A stretch of DNA of 64,000 bases from Octopus sinensis (GCF_006345805.1 NC_043010.1:29450001-29514000), one strand, 5' to 3'. Positions 25,677-38,410 are shown, numbered from the stretch's first letter. Program-made: numbers and translations. Notes: generated by a model not told the origin, from the letters alone.

Positions 25677-27266
25677 TACACACATGTGAGTGAGAACACT
25701 TTGAGATATTTTTGGTATCTAACATATGTCAGATACTGCGAGCGCTGCTTCTGATTGGTCAATCCATGGTGATGACCCGAGGTCACGGTGACGGCACTAC
25801 TTTTGTCATTCATAAGTTACAACTAAACTTCATTCATTACTTTCACGAGCAGGTAGAATGTAGCCATGTAATTAAACAAACATACTATCTTTTTTATACC
25901 AGACTAGCAGTATCGCCCGGCGTTGCTCGGGTTGTAAGGGAAATAACTATATAGCATTTTAGTGAGTATAGCAAAAAAATAGCAAAAAATGCATAAAAAT
26001 GGAATAAAAAATGATGGTAATTTTTAAAATCGTTGAATCATCGTAGACATTTTTAGAGAGTTACTTCCTTATATAATAGCGAAAAATGCATTAAAATGGA
26101 ATAAAAAATTATGGTAATTTTTTTTTTAATCGTTGACTCATCGTAGACTTTAGAGAGTTACTTCCCTTATATAATAGCGAAAATGCATTAAAATGGAATA
26201 AAAAATTATGGTAAATTTTTTAAAATCGTAGACTCATCGTAGACGCGCGCTAATACCCAGAAGGGCCCGATATGAATCACGACTATAAGATACCCGGTTT
26301 TGGTTACACTGCACCGCAAAATGTGGAGTAGTTAGGAATATAAATCGTAGGAGACGACACACAACCTTACTTTTATATATAAGATTTGTGCAACAACTAA
26401 AACATTCGGTTGTGCAAATTGTTTGCACAGGAAACCTGCCCTGTGTGGCGGTAATTGCCGTTTGTGTGGATCTGTTTCAGCTTTTTTAGCGATTTCTGTT
26501 TTGGCGACTTCAAGCCATGAAGTCGTTGTTCTAAAAGAACGCTGGTCTCCTTGACAACGCATTACAACGTGATTTCCTTACACTCCCTTCCCCACAGCTT
26601 CACGAGGGAGGGAAGAAGGGGGAGAGCAACACAGGTGCAGCTGTGAGCGTGGACGCCAACTCCGCCGCCATCGTCACACGAAAAAATATGCATTAAAATG
26701 GAATAAAAAATGATGTTAAATTATTTTTAAAATCGTAGACTCATCGTAGACGCGCGTTAATACCCAGACGGGCTCGATATGAATCACGACTATAAGATAC
26801 CCGAATTTGGTTAAACTGCACCGCAAAATGTGGGAGTAGTTAGGAATCTAAATCGAAGGGGACAGACACTCACACAACTACAGTTTTATATATATAGATA
26901 TCACTTAAAGTCAGTCATCAATTATCAATCATTTCACCTGAAAACTTAGCGCTATAAAGTCGGACTATCTTCCTGCGGCATGACATCTTTTACAGTTACA
27001 CATTGTGACGTCACTGACGTGAAATCAAGCTGTATTCATGCGCGCTTCAACACGATGTGAAGAATTTAGTTATTGGGTTAATAAATTATGGTCGTTTATT
27101 CGTGTGTAATAAATAAAATACCAAACTCATTCCCTATGGATACCGTATTTATTACAACTCGTGGCTTGTAAACGTATCTAACTCGCTTTCGATCGTTAGA
27201 TACGTTTACAAGCCACTCGTTGTAATAAATACGGTATCCATAGGGAACTCGTTTGGTATTCTCTAT
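25677..27266. mobile_element. Unclassified non-autonomous element with a terminal 144-bp palindrome, inserted in the mariner
   Basis: Separates the mariner stop region from its right TIR; palindrome at 27117-27260. Confidence 0.6.
25904..26898 (-). mobile_element. Composite non-autonomous Helitron
   Basis: Minus strand A|TCTATATATATAAAA...CCCGAGCAACGCCGGGCGATACTGCTAG|T (TC 5' end, hairpin, CTAG 3' end, A/T target); ~100-bp internal tandem repeats; second internal 5' end at 26384. Confidence 0.85.
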
Positions 27267-27584
27267 TTATCTTAATTTTGAAAAATAAAATAAGTATAAA
27301 AAACCGCATTATTTATGGGATGACCCAACGCACACACACACACACACACTCATGGTAGGTTTCCTCACAAATTCACTCACAAGACAATGGTCGTCCTGTG
27401 TTTTAGCAGTAAGCACTTGCCCAAGGTGCCGCACAGTGGTACTAAACCCAAAATCACGTGGTTGCAAATAGAGCTTCTTAACGACACAGCCACGCCTACA
27501 GCATTGTTTTTTTTATAGTTATTTTGACGGAGAGCTATTAACAATAGGAAATGACCTTTCTAAAGGGGCTATGGTGCACTTGTA

Positions 27585-27968
27585 TTCTTTACTCTTTACT
27601 TGTTTCAGCTATTTGACTGTGGCCATGCTGGAGCACCGCCTTTAGTCGAGCAAATCCACCCCAGGACTTATTTTTTGTAAGCCTACTACTTATTTTATCG
27701 GTCTCTTTTGCCGAACCGCTAAGTTACGGGGACGTAAGCACACCAACATCGGTTGTCAAGCGATGCTGGGGGGGGGGAACAAACACAGACACACATACAT
27801 ACATATATATACATATATACGACGGGCTTCTTTCAGTTTCCGTCACAAGGCTTTGGTCGGCCCGAGGCCATAGTAGAAGACACTTGCCCAAGGTGCCACG
27901 CAGTGGGACTGAACCCGGAACCTTGTGGTTCGTAAGCAAGCTACTTATCACACAGCCACTCCTACGCC
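27585..27968 (-). mobile_element. SINE family A
   Basis: Reverse complement of 23309-23754. Confidence 0.9.
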
Positions 27969-28247
27969 ATTGTTGAACGTAATCAACATTTAATATTTAC
28001 AACACAAACGGTGGCAAGTTGGCAGGATCGTTAGCACGCCGGGCAAAATGCTTAGCAGTATGTCGTCCATCTTCATGTTTTGAGTTCAAATTCCATCAAG
28101 GTTGACTTGGCCTCTCATCCTTTCAAGGCCGACAAAATAAGTACCAGTTGGACACCGGGGTCGCAAATCGATTTACCCTTTACCCAAACTTGCTGGCTTT
28201 GAGCCAAAATTTGAAACTAGTACTTACAATACAGTAGCAAAGGTACA

Positions 28248-28287
<40 letters not shown>

Positions 28288-28482
28288 AGGAAGGCAGGAA
28301 GGAAGGAAGAAGGAAGGAAGGAAGGAAGGAAGGAAGGAAAGAAAGAAAGAAAGAAAGAAAGAAAGAAGAAAGAAAGAAGAAAAAAGGAAAGAAAGAAAGA
28401 AAGAAAGAAAGAAGGAAGGAAGGAAGGAAGGAAGGAAAGAAAGAAAGTTAGAAAGAAAGAAAGAAAGAAAGAAGGAAAGAAG
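28248..28482. repeat. (GAAA)n/(GGAA)n purine tract
   Basis: Direct reading. Confidence 0.95.
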
Positions 28483-28622
28483 GTAAGACAAACTCTACTT
28501 GCGTGGATTTGATCTCGCAAGAATCCAAGGAATACAGTGCAGCGCTCTACAAATTCCCCCTGTTCATCGTGCTTTCTGTGGAATGGTAATATGGACAAGA
28601 TGAATGGAGAACATATACTCAC

Positions 28623-28804
28623 ACTTGTCAAAAGACAATTCGCGGTTTCTGTAAAAACGTGAACCACTTGGTCTTGAGTTGCACGTCTTGGTAAACAAAT
28701 TTTTTCACCGGAAAAAACATATTCGTTTGCGACAATAGTATTGTCGAAATACACAGTCATATTAGTGGCAGCGGGACTCGGGAAACTAGAGTAGATTTTA
28801 ACAC
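28623..28804 (-). CDS. Host gene coding exon 5 (module 1, first half)
   Basis: ttttttccaacag|...|gtgagt; 182 bp, phase 1-0; GVKIYSSFPSPAATNMTVYFDNT...ETANCLLTS. Confidence 0.85.
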
Positions 28805-29182
28805 CTGTTGGAAAAAATAAAGAAACAATGTAGACACACAAAGGAGTAAGAATTTGAAGTTCAGTCGATGATGACAGATAGGAAGCAGAAAAGTGAAGGC
28901 TCTGTAATTGGTGATGTAATAGCAATGAAGACAGTGTTAGGTTTGGCATAGATGGTGATTGTAATAATAAGTAATAATGACCTGAAGAATATTCTAAATG
29001 GGCTCCACCTTCAAGGTTATGCACTGTTTATCTTGATATGAGATCACAATGTCACGCAGATATGGTTGTGATGCATGTGCCTGATGTACCCTTAACAGAC
29101 GGGCTATGCTGGACTTCGTATATTTTACCTCTGTGTCATTTTGATAGCATACACTGCTCTCTCACTCAATAATAATAACAAC

Positions 29183-29229
<47 letters not shown>

Positions 29230-29245
29230 TAATGATAATTAATAA

Positions 29246-29322
<77 letters not shown>

Positions 29323-29357
29323 AGATGATGATGATGATGATAATGGTAATAATAATC

Positions 29358-29983
29358 TTTTCTACTATAGACAGAAGGCCTGAAATTTTGGGGGAAGGGG
29401 CAAGTCGATTACATCGACCCCAGTACTTAACTGGTACTTAATTTATCGACCCCGAAAGGATGAAAGGCAAGTCAACCTCAGTGTAATTTGACTCAGAACA
29501 TAGTGACAGACGAAATACCTATAAGTATTTCACCCGGCGTGCTAACGCTTCTTTCAGCTCGCTGTCTTTACAATAATAATAATAATAATAATCTTTTCTA
29601 AAATAGGCACAAGGTCTGAAATTTGAGGGGAGGACACTAGTCGATTACATCGACCTCGGTACTTGTCTGGTACTTAATTTATCGACCCAGAAAAGAAGAA
29701 AAGCAAACTCGGCCTCAACGGAAATTGAGCTCAGAACGTAGTAGCAGAAGAAATACCTATTTCTTTACTGTCCACAAGAGGCTACACACAGAGTGGACAA
29801 ACAAGGACAGACAAACGGATTAAGTCGATTATATCGACTCCAGTGCGTAACTAGTACTTAATTTATCGAAAGGATGAAAGGCAAAGTCAACCTCGGCGGA
29901 ATTTGAACTCAGAACGTAGCGGCAGACGAAATACCGCTAAGCATTTCGCCCGGCGTGCTAACGACTCTGCCAGCTCGCCGCCT
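29358..29983 (-). mobile_element. Three tandem SINE family B copies following an (AAT)n tract
   Basis: Repeated blocks gtcgattacatcgacccc...tttatcgacccc...gaactcagaacgt. Confidence 0.85.
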
Positions 29984-30018
29984 TTCTAATAATAACAATG
30001 ATGATGATGATGATGATA

Positions 30019-30066
<48 letters not shown>

Positions 30067-30068
<2 letters not shown>

Positions 30069-31464
30069 CACGTAACAAGGTGTTAGCTATAAATTCCTTA
30101 GCAGTTCCAGTTGTTACTTATAGCTACAATGTGTTGAACTGGAATATGAGTGAAGTAAAGAATATAGATAGGAAAATACGCAAGCTGCTGAGTTGTAATA
30201 GGATGCACCACCCAAAGGCAGACGTAGATCGCCTTTACCTTCCCAGAGCCCAAGGAGGTCGAGGCCTGATCCAATTTGAACTAGCTTACAACCACAATTG
30301 GACTGGCCAAATATCTCGATATAACGAATGACTGGATGCTAAAGCTTGTGGAAAATCACGAGAGACGAAAGAAGCTTCATTCTATCATAAAGGAAAGCAA
30401 ACAATTTGCTATTGATCTCGTGCAGGATACCCAAACTGAACAACCCGAGGGGAGTACGGCAACTATTGTTGCAAAGAAGGTGAAAATAATGGCAACGAAA
30501 AAAGCGCACGAGCAATTGGCTGATAGGTGGGAGGAGAAACCTCTGCACGGCAAATATGTGGCCCGCAGCAAACAAGCTGATGTTGACCAGAGCAAACCCA
30601 TCATGGCTACGGAGCTCAGGGCTAAAAGCAGAGAGCGAAGGTTTCATCCTGGCTGCTCAAGATCAAAGCCTATTAACCCGGAACTACCTGGCCTATGTGA
30701 TGAAAAATGGAGCAGACCCAAAATGCCGATTCTGCAACGACATGATTGAAACAGTGGACCACCTAATCTCTGGATGTAAAGTCTTAGCACCAGTGGAATA
30801 TAAATTAAGAACATGACAGAGTTGGCCAATATCTACACTGGCTAATAAGTCGGCATTACAATATCAAAACTGCCGACAGTGGTATAATCACCACCCTGAG
30901 GCTGTAACTGAAGGAGAAAATGTAACCATTCTGTGGGACTTTCCAGTACATACAGACAGAGCCATCAAGGCCAATAAACCAGATATTGTTGTGAAAGACC
31001 AAACAATAAAGTTTGCTTATTGATCGACATGAGCATACCCTGTGATCATAATATCTCAGCGAAAGAGTTTGACAATCTCAGAAAATATAAAGACCTACTC
31101 ATTGAAATTGAGAAAATGTGGCATCTCAAGGCGGTTACAATACCAGTGATCGTAGGATCACTAGGAATGATCAAGAAGGGAACCGAAAATTATATGAGAA
31201 TGATCCCTAGCTTACCATCCCTGCAAGAAGTGCAAAAGATTGTCTTAACTGGTACATCACACGTATTGAGAAGAGCATTGTCGATGTGAGAACTGTTGCT
31301 GCTCATGTATTTTAATATAACTAAAAAAAAAAATTTTTTTTAAATGAACGAACTATTGAGTTTGGTTTAATGGCCTACCAATGTATACTATGAGTTTCTT
31401 TGCCCTAGGAGTCGGGAAGACACTCGGCAAGAAATGGAAGCAAATTTGAAAGAAGAAAAATAAA

Positions 31465-31466
<2 letters not shown>
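30067..31466 (+). mobile_element. 5'-truncated R4/Dong-like RLE LINE
   Basis: AINSLAVPVVTYS, MHHPKADVDRLYLPR..GGRGL, CRFC..ETVDHLISGC, KPDIVV...IDMSIP...KYKDL; (TAA)n on both sides. Confidence 0.9.
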
Positions 31467-31507
<41 letters not shown>

Positions 31508-31509
31508 CA

Positions 31510-33537
31510 CTAGCCTTAATACCGCTCTCGAAATTGCTCGATGATGTACAGTATGGCTATAAATGTTTGATAAAAATAGAAATCATCTCTTTTACATGGA
31601 TGATTTAAAGCTCTTTGCAAAATTAACCAACAACTACAGAGCTTACTAGCAATTGTTAAACAATTCAGTGATGATATCAGGATGCAATTTGGTCTCGATA
31701 AATGTACAAAAGCTTCTTTCATCAAAGGTAAAATGACAGAAATATCCAACATTAATCTTGATCAGCAGAGTGTCATAAAGGAGTTAAAACCAGCAGAAAG
31801 CTACAAATATCTTGGGGTATTTGAATGTGATGGAATCAAACATTCAATGATGAGGGGGAGGATCAGAAGAGAATGTTATTGCAGGGTAAGGGCAATACTC
31901 AAAACAGAGCTGAATGCTAGAAACAGGATCGAAGCGATCAATACTTTAGCCATACCGGGCTAAACTAAACGCAAAAGAAATCGACAAAGGAAAATCACAG
32001 CAATGGCTGAGAAGCTCAGGACTCAAAGCAGAGACTGAAGGATTTTTAATTGCAGCAAAAGACCAAAGCCACAACACCAGAAATTACCAAAAACACATAA
32101 TGAAAAGAAACATAACAAGTAACTGAGGAATATGTGGAGATGGACATGAAACAATAAATCATATTGTCTCTGACTGCCCAGGCCTGGCTAAGAAGGAATA
32201 TATTCACAGACACGACAGAGTTGGGACCTAAATACACTGGAAAAAAGATGGTATAGGGACACGCCAGCAAAGGTCACAGAAAATTGTATTAGTTTTCCTT
32301 GCTTCTGAAGTAGGTATTTTTGCAGTCCTATGTTGGTTATTTTGTAATAGTTTTCTAGCTGTATAAGGCCTTTAACACCTTCTATACGTTGTATATATAA
32401 CCTTTCTATATCAGATTTTGGGTGATGCATCCTAAATCTTATTATTTTTCTTGTTTTCCTGTCTATTTTGATTAGTTCATTTAGTGTCCAGTTAAGGATA
32501 TTGTAGTTGTAACTTATAACTGGGACGGCTAAAGTGTTGATACCTATTATCTTGTTTTTCGCATTGAGCTTTATTTTCAGTATTAATCTTAACTCGTCTA
32601 TAGTATCCTTTTTTGATCTTCTCATTCATTTGTGTGTGTTTAATCGTATCTAGTTCAATGATTCCTAAATATTTGTATTCTGGCTTGGTCTAATTCTCTT
32701 ATTCCATTTGCTTTATCTAGTACGATGTTGCTACTCTTAACTAACTTTCCTCTATTCAAGGTTGCTTTGGCACATTTTTCGAAGCCAAATTTCATATTTA
32801 CTTCTTTGGTAAATTAGTGTGGTGTATGTTGTAATGTTTCCAGGTTGTATCCACATCCAGTTCTATTTAGCATGCTAGATAAAAGTGTCAGTGTCGAGCA
32901 GAAAAGGAGTGGAAAGGGCGTGTCTCCTTGGAATATTACTCTTCTAATAGGGATGGCTTTGGTTTTTATGAGTCCCCTCTTTTGTTTGGAGCTGTAGCAC
33001 TGTCTGCCATTTATTCATAGAGAGTTTTATATATTTTTTTGATTATTGGTGCTACCTTGTTCATGGCTATTGTTTCTAGGATCCATGTGTAGGGGATGCT
33101 ATCAAAAGCCTTTCGGTAGTCGATCCAGAGCATACTTAGGCTTTTCTTGTTTCAGCGGCTATCTTCAGTTATGGTTTTATTGATTATTAGTTGATCTTTA
33201 TAGCCGCATGAGCCCTTGCAGCATCCCTTCTGCTCCTCTGGAAACAGCTTGTTTTCTTCCAGATGCTTGCTCAATTTCTGCGATATTATTGCAGTAAAGG
33301 CTTTGTAAATTGTAGGGAGACAAGTTATTGGTTTGTAATTTTGTGGGTTTGCCGTTTCAGTGAATTTGGGAATTAGGATAGTTTTCCCTTTCGTGAGCTA
33401 TTCAGGCATTGTCTCTGGCTCTGCTAGTATGTCATTAAATTTTTCCGCCAGCTTTTTGTGTGTTCCTGTCAGATATTTTAACCAGAAGTTGGGGATCTTA
33501 TCGTGCCCGGGTGCCTTCCAGTTGCTTAGTTTTTGCA

Positions 33538-33540
<3 letters not shown>
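31510..33540. mobile_element. Rearranged R4/Dong-like LINE fragments: + strand 31510-32285, - strand 32286-33540
   Basis: Plus strand: YMDDLKLFA, MQFGLDKC, WLRSSGLKAETEGF. Minus strand: WKAPGHDKIPNFW, WIDYRKAFDS, GIFQGD, MHHPKSDIERLY. Confidence 0.85.
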
Positions 33541-33578
<38 letters not shown>

Positions 33579-36052
33579 AGCTTACCACATCACTGACAAA
33601 CTGTACAAAAGGATGCAAATTCATACGCAGAAAAACAAACAAAATGGAATACTAATTTAGCAACGCAAAATATTAATAATATGTACCAACGAAAGTCATT
33701 TTAACACAGCCTTATAGAAAATTTGTCATCGACAACAACAGCGCTAGCAACAGTCTGCATGCACATATCATTTCTACTGAAAACAAAAACTATGTTAAAT
33801 AGACATTTTCTGTTGCTTTGTTCAACAAGAAAAATTTCGATATGAAACGTTTTCCACGTGAGGGTGCCAAATGCTAGGAAACATTTTATGCACCAAACTG
33901 GGGCCAGCTTTCCACAAGCTGGCTCGTGAGTGGAGGAAAACAAATTATCTCTGTCTTGTGAAAGCAACCATGAGTTTTCTGATCCTATTCAAACTCAAAT
34001 TGGAAACTCAGTGAACTAACCTCCATTGAGAAAGCGAATACATGATACTATGCGTATCGTTTCTTTAAACGGAGCCTAGTGATAGCTCAGTCCCAAATAG
34101 TAGGCACAGTACGAAAGTCACTTTCCCATGAGCTGGTTCCGCAAACTTTGGAAAGGAGAAGCACAAGAACCACTGTCAGGGATATCAGTAAGGATAATAA
34201 CCATTTTCATGGCAGAATATGAGTTGATGGTAAGCGTAGATGTAATATTTGGCAATATGTGGTCAAATAGGAACACCACGGACATACTTGCCTTCATGAT
34301 CCTGAAAAACCCAGAAAACAGTATCAGAACTGCCTCCTGTATTATGTACCGTGAGAAAAGACATTAAAGTTCAGCAACCAATGTAGACAACTCAGCTGTT
34401 TAGATATGTGAAAGGAAAACTCATCTAAAAGCTTTTTCCACAGAAAGTCCGAAATCAAAACAAGAACATGTCATGGTGGTTGTGCTCTGGAGTGATATCA
34501 GGTACAACTAGTGGCTTGGAAAATGAAACTGTCCAGTCCTCTTTACCAAGAGTGAGCCATACCACAAACAACCAGCAAAGACACGGCTGGCCAACCAGAG
34601 CAACAATAACTAACACTAAATCAGCAGGAAGCGCGCCTCCACAGCAGTACTAGCTCATTCCTTATGAAGATGAAAACCAGAGGCTGCTGGAAAAAAGCAG
34701 GTTTCTTAAAAGGAGAATAAAAAGAAACAATGGAAAAAGACTAAAATTGCAAGATGGAGTATATTTGCTGCGGAGACCTCTTGCTACCGAAGGAGAATCC
34801 ATATCTTATGAAGGAAAGCCAATGGCCTGTGAGGTGGAACTATCCCCCATTACCTGAATGAAATGAATTTACAGCCATTTGTAAGAAAAACAAAATTCTA
34901 ATAAAACGTTTAAACAATGTATACAAGGAATACCTAAAAGATTTACGAATGGGGGAGGAAATGGGATGAGATCTTAAGCAACAGAAAAACGGCAGAATAA
35001 TATTTCAAATCTCAGATGCTATATTTCAACGACCCAGAAGACGTAGTCCTTCATTTGTCGAATACAACACAAGAATTCCTCATAGAAGAGTTTATAATCT
35101 TTACTCCTGAGCAATACTCTGATGAAACATACCGTAGGTGTTATCAGAGAAGTGGATCATGATCACTGCAAGTGCAGGTTTCAATTTTACATGAAAATAA
35201 GGATTTATTTATTGTGTTTTATCACAATTTTTGAACATTTATTTCTGTGTAAAAATTTTTTCGTAAGCCCCTTTATAACGTTACTTTGTATTCTATCGTA
35301 TGTCTTCGATTCTTTGTGGTTAATAAAGAAAAGATTATTAATACTATTATTATTATTATGATTTTGTTGTTGCTGTTGTTGCTTATCGACAAAGCTGGAC
35401 ATGCTTCGAAAGCTCCGTGCGTTTGTACATCATGTCGTTTTTAGAAGTCCGCTGCCACTACCACCAATAATAACACAAATAAGAATAACAAATTCAGTGT
35501 TCCTGTATAGTCCACCTGCTGCCATAACTAGGTAATCTAGTTATGAAACCTCTTCGTTGTCGCTCGACACGCAAGAAATAGTAGTCAAATCTTCCTTAAA
35601 ACAAACGCCACTATTTTTTTTTAAAAAGTGAAGATAGATAATGTAGTCATGGATACCTTTAAAAAGATGGAATGGTCACAGCTGAAATATTTTACATCAT
35701 AGATTTGTTCCATCAATGTTGACCTTCGTCTAAACAACATCAACTACAACTACTACTATTGTTAGAAGCCAATAGACTTGATATTGATATAAAAGGCAAC
35801 ATTCCCAGCCACACTGCAACCTATTCAGTAAAGTACTATAGTGTAGTCCAATAACAGACAGATACATGAGAATCGAGGGATCGGTGGATCTCATCTTGTC
35901 GTCTAATTCATTGGCTTTCTACCTTCCGTACGGTTTATCGATCCATCCAGAATTGACCACATCGTCAATACTTTCATAATAAATTCCACCATATCACTAC
36001 TTAACTACGGCCAACATCATCATCACCACTACTTGGCGATTTCAATACTCAC

Positions 36053-36232
36053 CACTGGTTATATATACACCGAAAATGTTGATCACAGAGCCTTCTCCAA
36101 GATTCGTTTTCAGTTTATCACCAATTGCATTCGGTTCACAGAGGATGTCATCAGTGGAGGTGTTATTTCTTGTTGTCCTGGACAGTGTGTATATACAGTT
36201 CTTCCACGTTGCACCATCACCGATGGCAACAT
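36053..36232 (-). CDS. Host gene coding exon 4
   Basis: ttactatttgccag|...|gtgagt; 180 bp, phase 1-1; DVAIGDGATWKNCIY...ILCEPNAIGDKLK...VINIFGVYITS. Confidence 0.85.
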
Positions 36233-37098
36233 CTGGCAAATAGTAAGATTCAAGAAAAGTTATAAGTAAACTGTGGTGACAAGATTAGATGTCCCTATAT
36301 AGATTTGCAACATTCATATAAACAACACTTTACCCTAAATGTACAGTAGGCGATAGCATTAAATCGGGTAATGAATTAGTCTGCTCTCCCCGATAGGCTT
36401 TCACAGAGTTTACCGCGCTCCAAATTTCACCCACGAAGAATAGTTTGGGTGACACTATGGTAGAATGTCGCGTACAATAGAATTGAACCTGTTACTGCGA
36501 AGTTGTGAAGTGAATTTGTTAACCTCACACTCATACCTGCATCAAATCTGACATAAATCTACCAAGCGCATCACTGAAATTGGCGAACTGACACGATTCC
36601 TTCCTTAAATATGTTAAATCTACAAAATCGACCCTGATTCCTTTATATAATTAGTGCATGGAATCAGGACAATTGGCTCAAATACATCAATGGATATCTT
36701 TCAATGAGAAACAAGTAAAACTTTATAGGGCAATAATCTTCTTGATGACAGAATCTATTGGTATGTTACTGGTATATCATCAGTCAAGTGTCTTCCCTGT
36801 ATTCAGGGATAGGCTTGCCAAGACTCCAGTTCCCTCTATGTTGTGCTGCATGCATACAAATAGCCAGGTTCTTGTTTTCGGTTCATTTGTTGATGTTGTC
36901 AGTCTACAAATGTCTTTGATGGTCTTTTGCTCTCTTACCCTCAACACTTCTTGTCAGGATGGTCTTAAGCAATGAATAATTACCGGTTCATATTGGTACA
37001 TCACTGGCACATATTTTATTGTGTACAACCAGATGCGATGTTTTAACACAGCAAATAATATCTATTAGTAAATCTTCTGAAAGTCTATTTAACCTTAC

Positions 37099-37188
37099 CA
37101 ATGGTGTTATTCACTTCTGTAGTGACGTTGTCAATTCCGATAAAATACACGTGATATGTATCGTTGAGATTATATGAAGAAATGTTAT
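37099..37188 (-). CDS. Host gene coding exon 3
   Basis: tttaatttttgcag|...|gtaagg; 90 bp, phase 1-1; DNISSYNLNDTYHVYFIGIDNVTTEVNNTI. Confidence 0.85.
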
Positions 37189-37389
37189 CTGCAAAAATTA
37201 AAAGAAATCATTATATCAGCTGGTATTTGATGAGTATAAAATTTTCTAACGTTTCATCTATTAACGTTGAAATTAGTTTCGCTTTGACATTGTAAACCTT
37301 CAAATTTCGTCTACTTTACAATAATTTCGAAAGTAGAATGCATTCGTTCTACATTGTGCTGTTGCATAAATCGTTAAGATATATATATA

Positions 37390-37430
<41 letters not shown>

Positions 37431-38302
37431 GGGTAGAATATTTGTTCAGTTACAAAGGTGACACAATTGTGTTTAAACATTACAACGTCTTACTGTGGGC
37501 TAAATAAGAATGTAAACACTCTTTCTCAGCTGTTCATGTGCAATAAAAAGAGAGAGTTCCTTGACAGACCGTTTCATAATTCGTTGATCACTCCTCATAG
37601 AAGACGGACCAGGCTCATTTCCTCAATCAACAGCATGCATCAGCTACTATATAAACCAGTCATTAATTAGACTAGCAACATGGTAGATGCTCTCATATGC
37701 ATATTTGTACTTTGATAATTTAATTTGTAATTAATTACGCAGCACAACAGCATAAATCAGAAGAACTGAATGAAATATGTTTAAGCATTATAAAGCCTAA
37801 CCCATAGAAACTGTGGTATGTTTAAATATGTTTCAGTTTTGAATTACCCTTTGTTGTGCATAAAATAGAAAATGGTGCTGTTGCTGTTGTTGCTATTGTT
37901 GCTGTTGTTATTGCTGTCGTCATCGTCATCGTCGTATTTGAGTAAGACCGGTATGATCATGGCAGAAATGTCTCTGATCATCGGTCTGCTCGAGAGGGTA
38001 TCCTGAGATTAAACAATAATAATAACCAAAACAACTAAACTCAATAGTTTTAGTGCCCTAATATAATTTCTTTTTCTTTTTTCTTTTCTGTTTTTTTTTT
38101 TTTTCAGAATTTATTGAACAACTATCAGAATAAGCAAAATAGTCCCCTTACAACGAATATCAAGCATTCAACAAACACTGGCATGAAAAGGCTAAGAGGG
38201 AGGGGGAGAGGAAGGAGAATGCGGGTGGAGAATGAGGGAAAGCGAAGAGAGAGTAGCAGAGAAGGGGAGGACTTGTTCTAAAATATTAAAACATTAACTT
38301 AC

Positions 38303-38410
38303 CTTTAGTGATTATTCGTTCCAAACGAAAATTAGATTTATTTATATTCGCATTCAAAGTAGTAACTTGAACTGCTGAATAAGGCAGAGGCGGTGGGCAA
38401 GGAGCACTCA
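38303..38410 (-). CDS. Host gene coding exon 2
   Basis: tgttcttttcag|...|gtaagt; 108 bp, phase 1-1; VSAPCPPPLPYSAVQVTTLNANINKSNFRLERIITK. Confidence 0.85.

Larger units (their letters stand above)
24594..27328 (+). mobile_element. Mariner element with both TIRs, carrying nested insertions
   Basis: Left TIR gtcatcccataaaataatgcggtttttt; right TIR aaaaaccgcattatttatgggatgaccc; transposase remnant inside. Confidence 0.9.

Noticed and set aside
25950-26240. CRISPR-like repeated units
   Set aside because: Contiguous ~100-bp tandem repeats without unique spacers, inside a Helitron in eukaryotic DNA
28224-29024. 266-aa ORF read as a single-exon gene
   Set aside because: Only 28623-28804 has splice sites and fits the gene; the rest is intron and a (CTTT)n repeat
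33580-35200. Possible LINE ORF1/zinc-knuckle remnant or host exons
   Set aside because: Only a frameshifted CGQIG..H..C hint; too decayed to call, and no phase-compatible exon found
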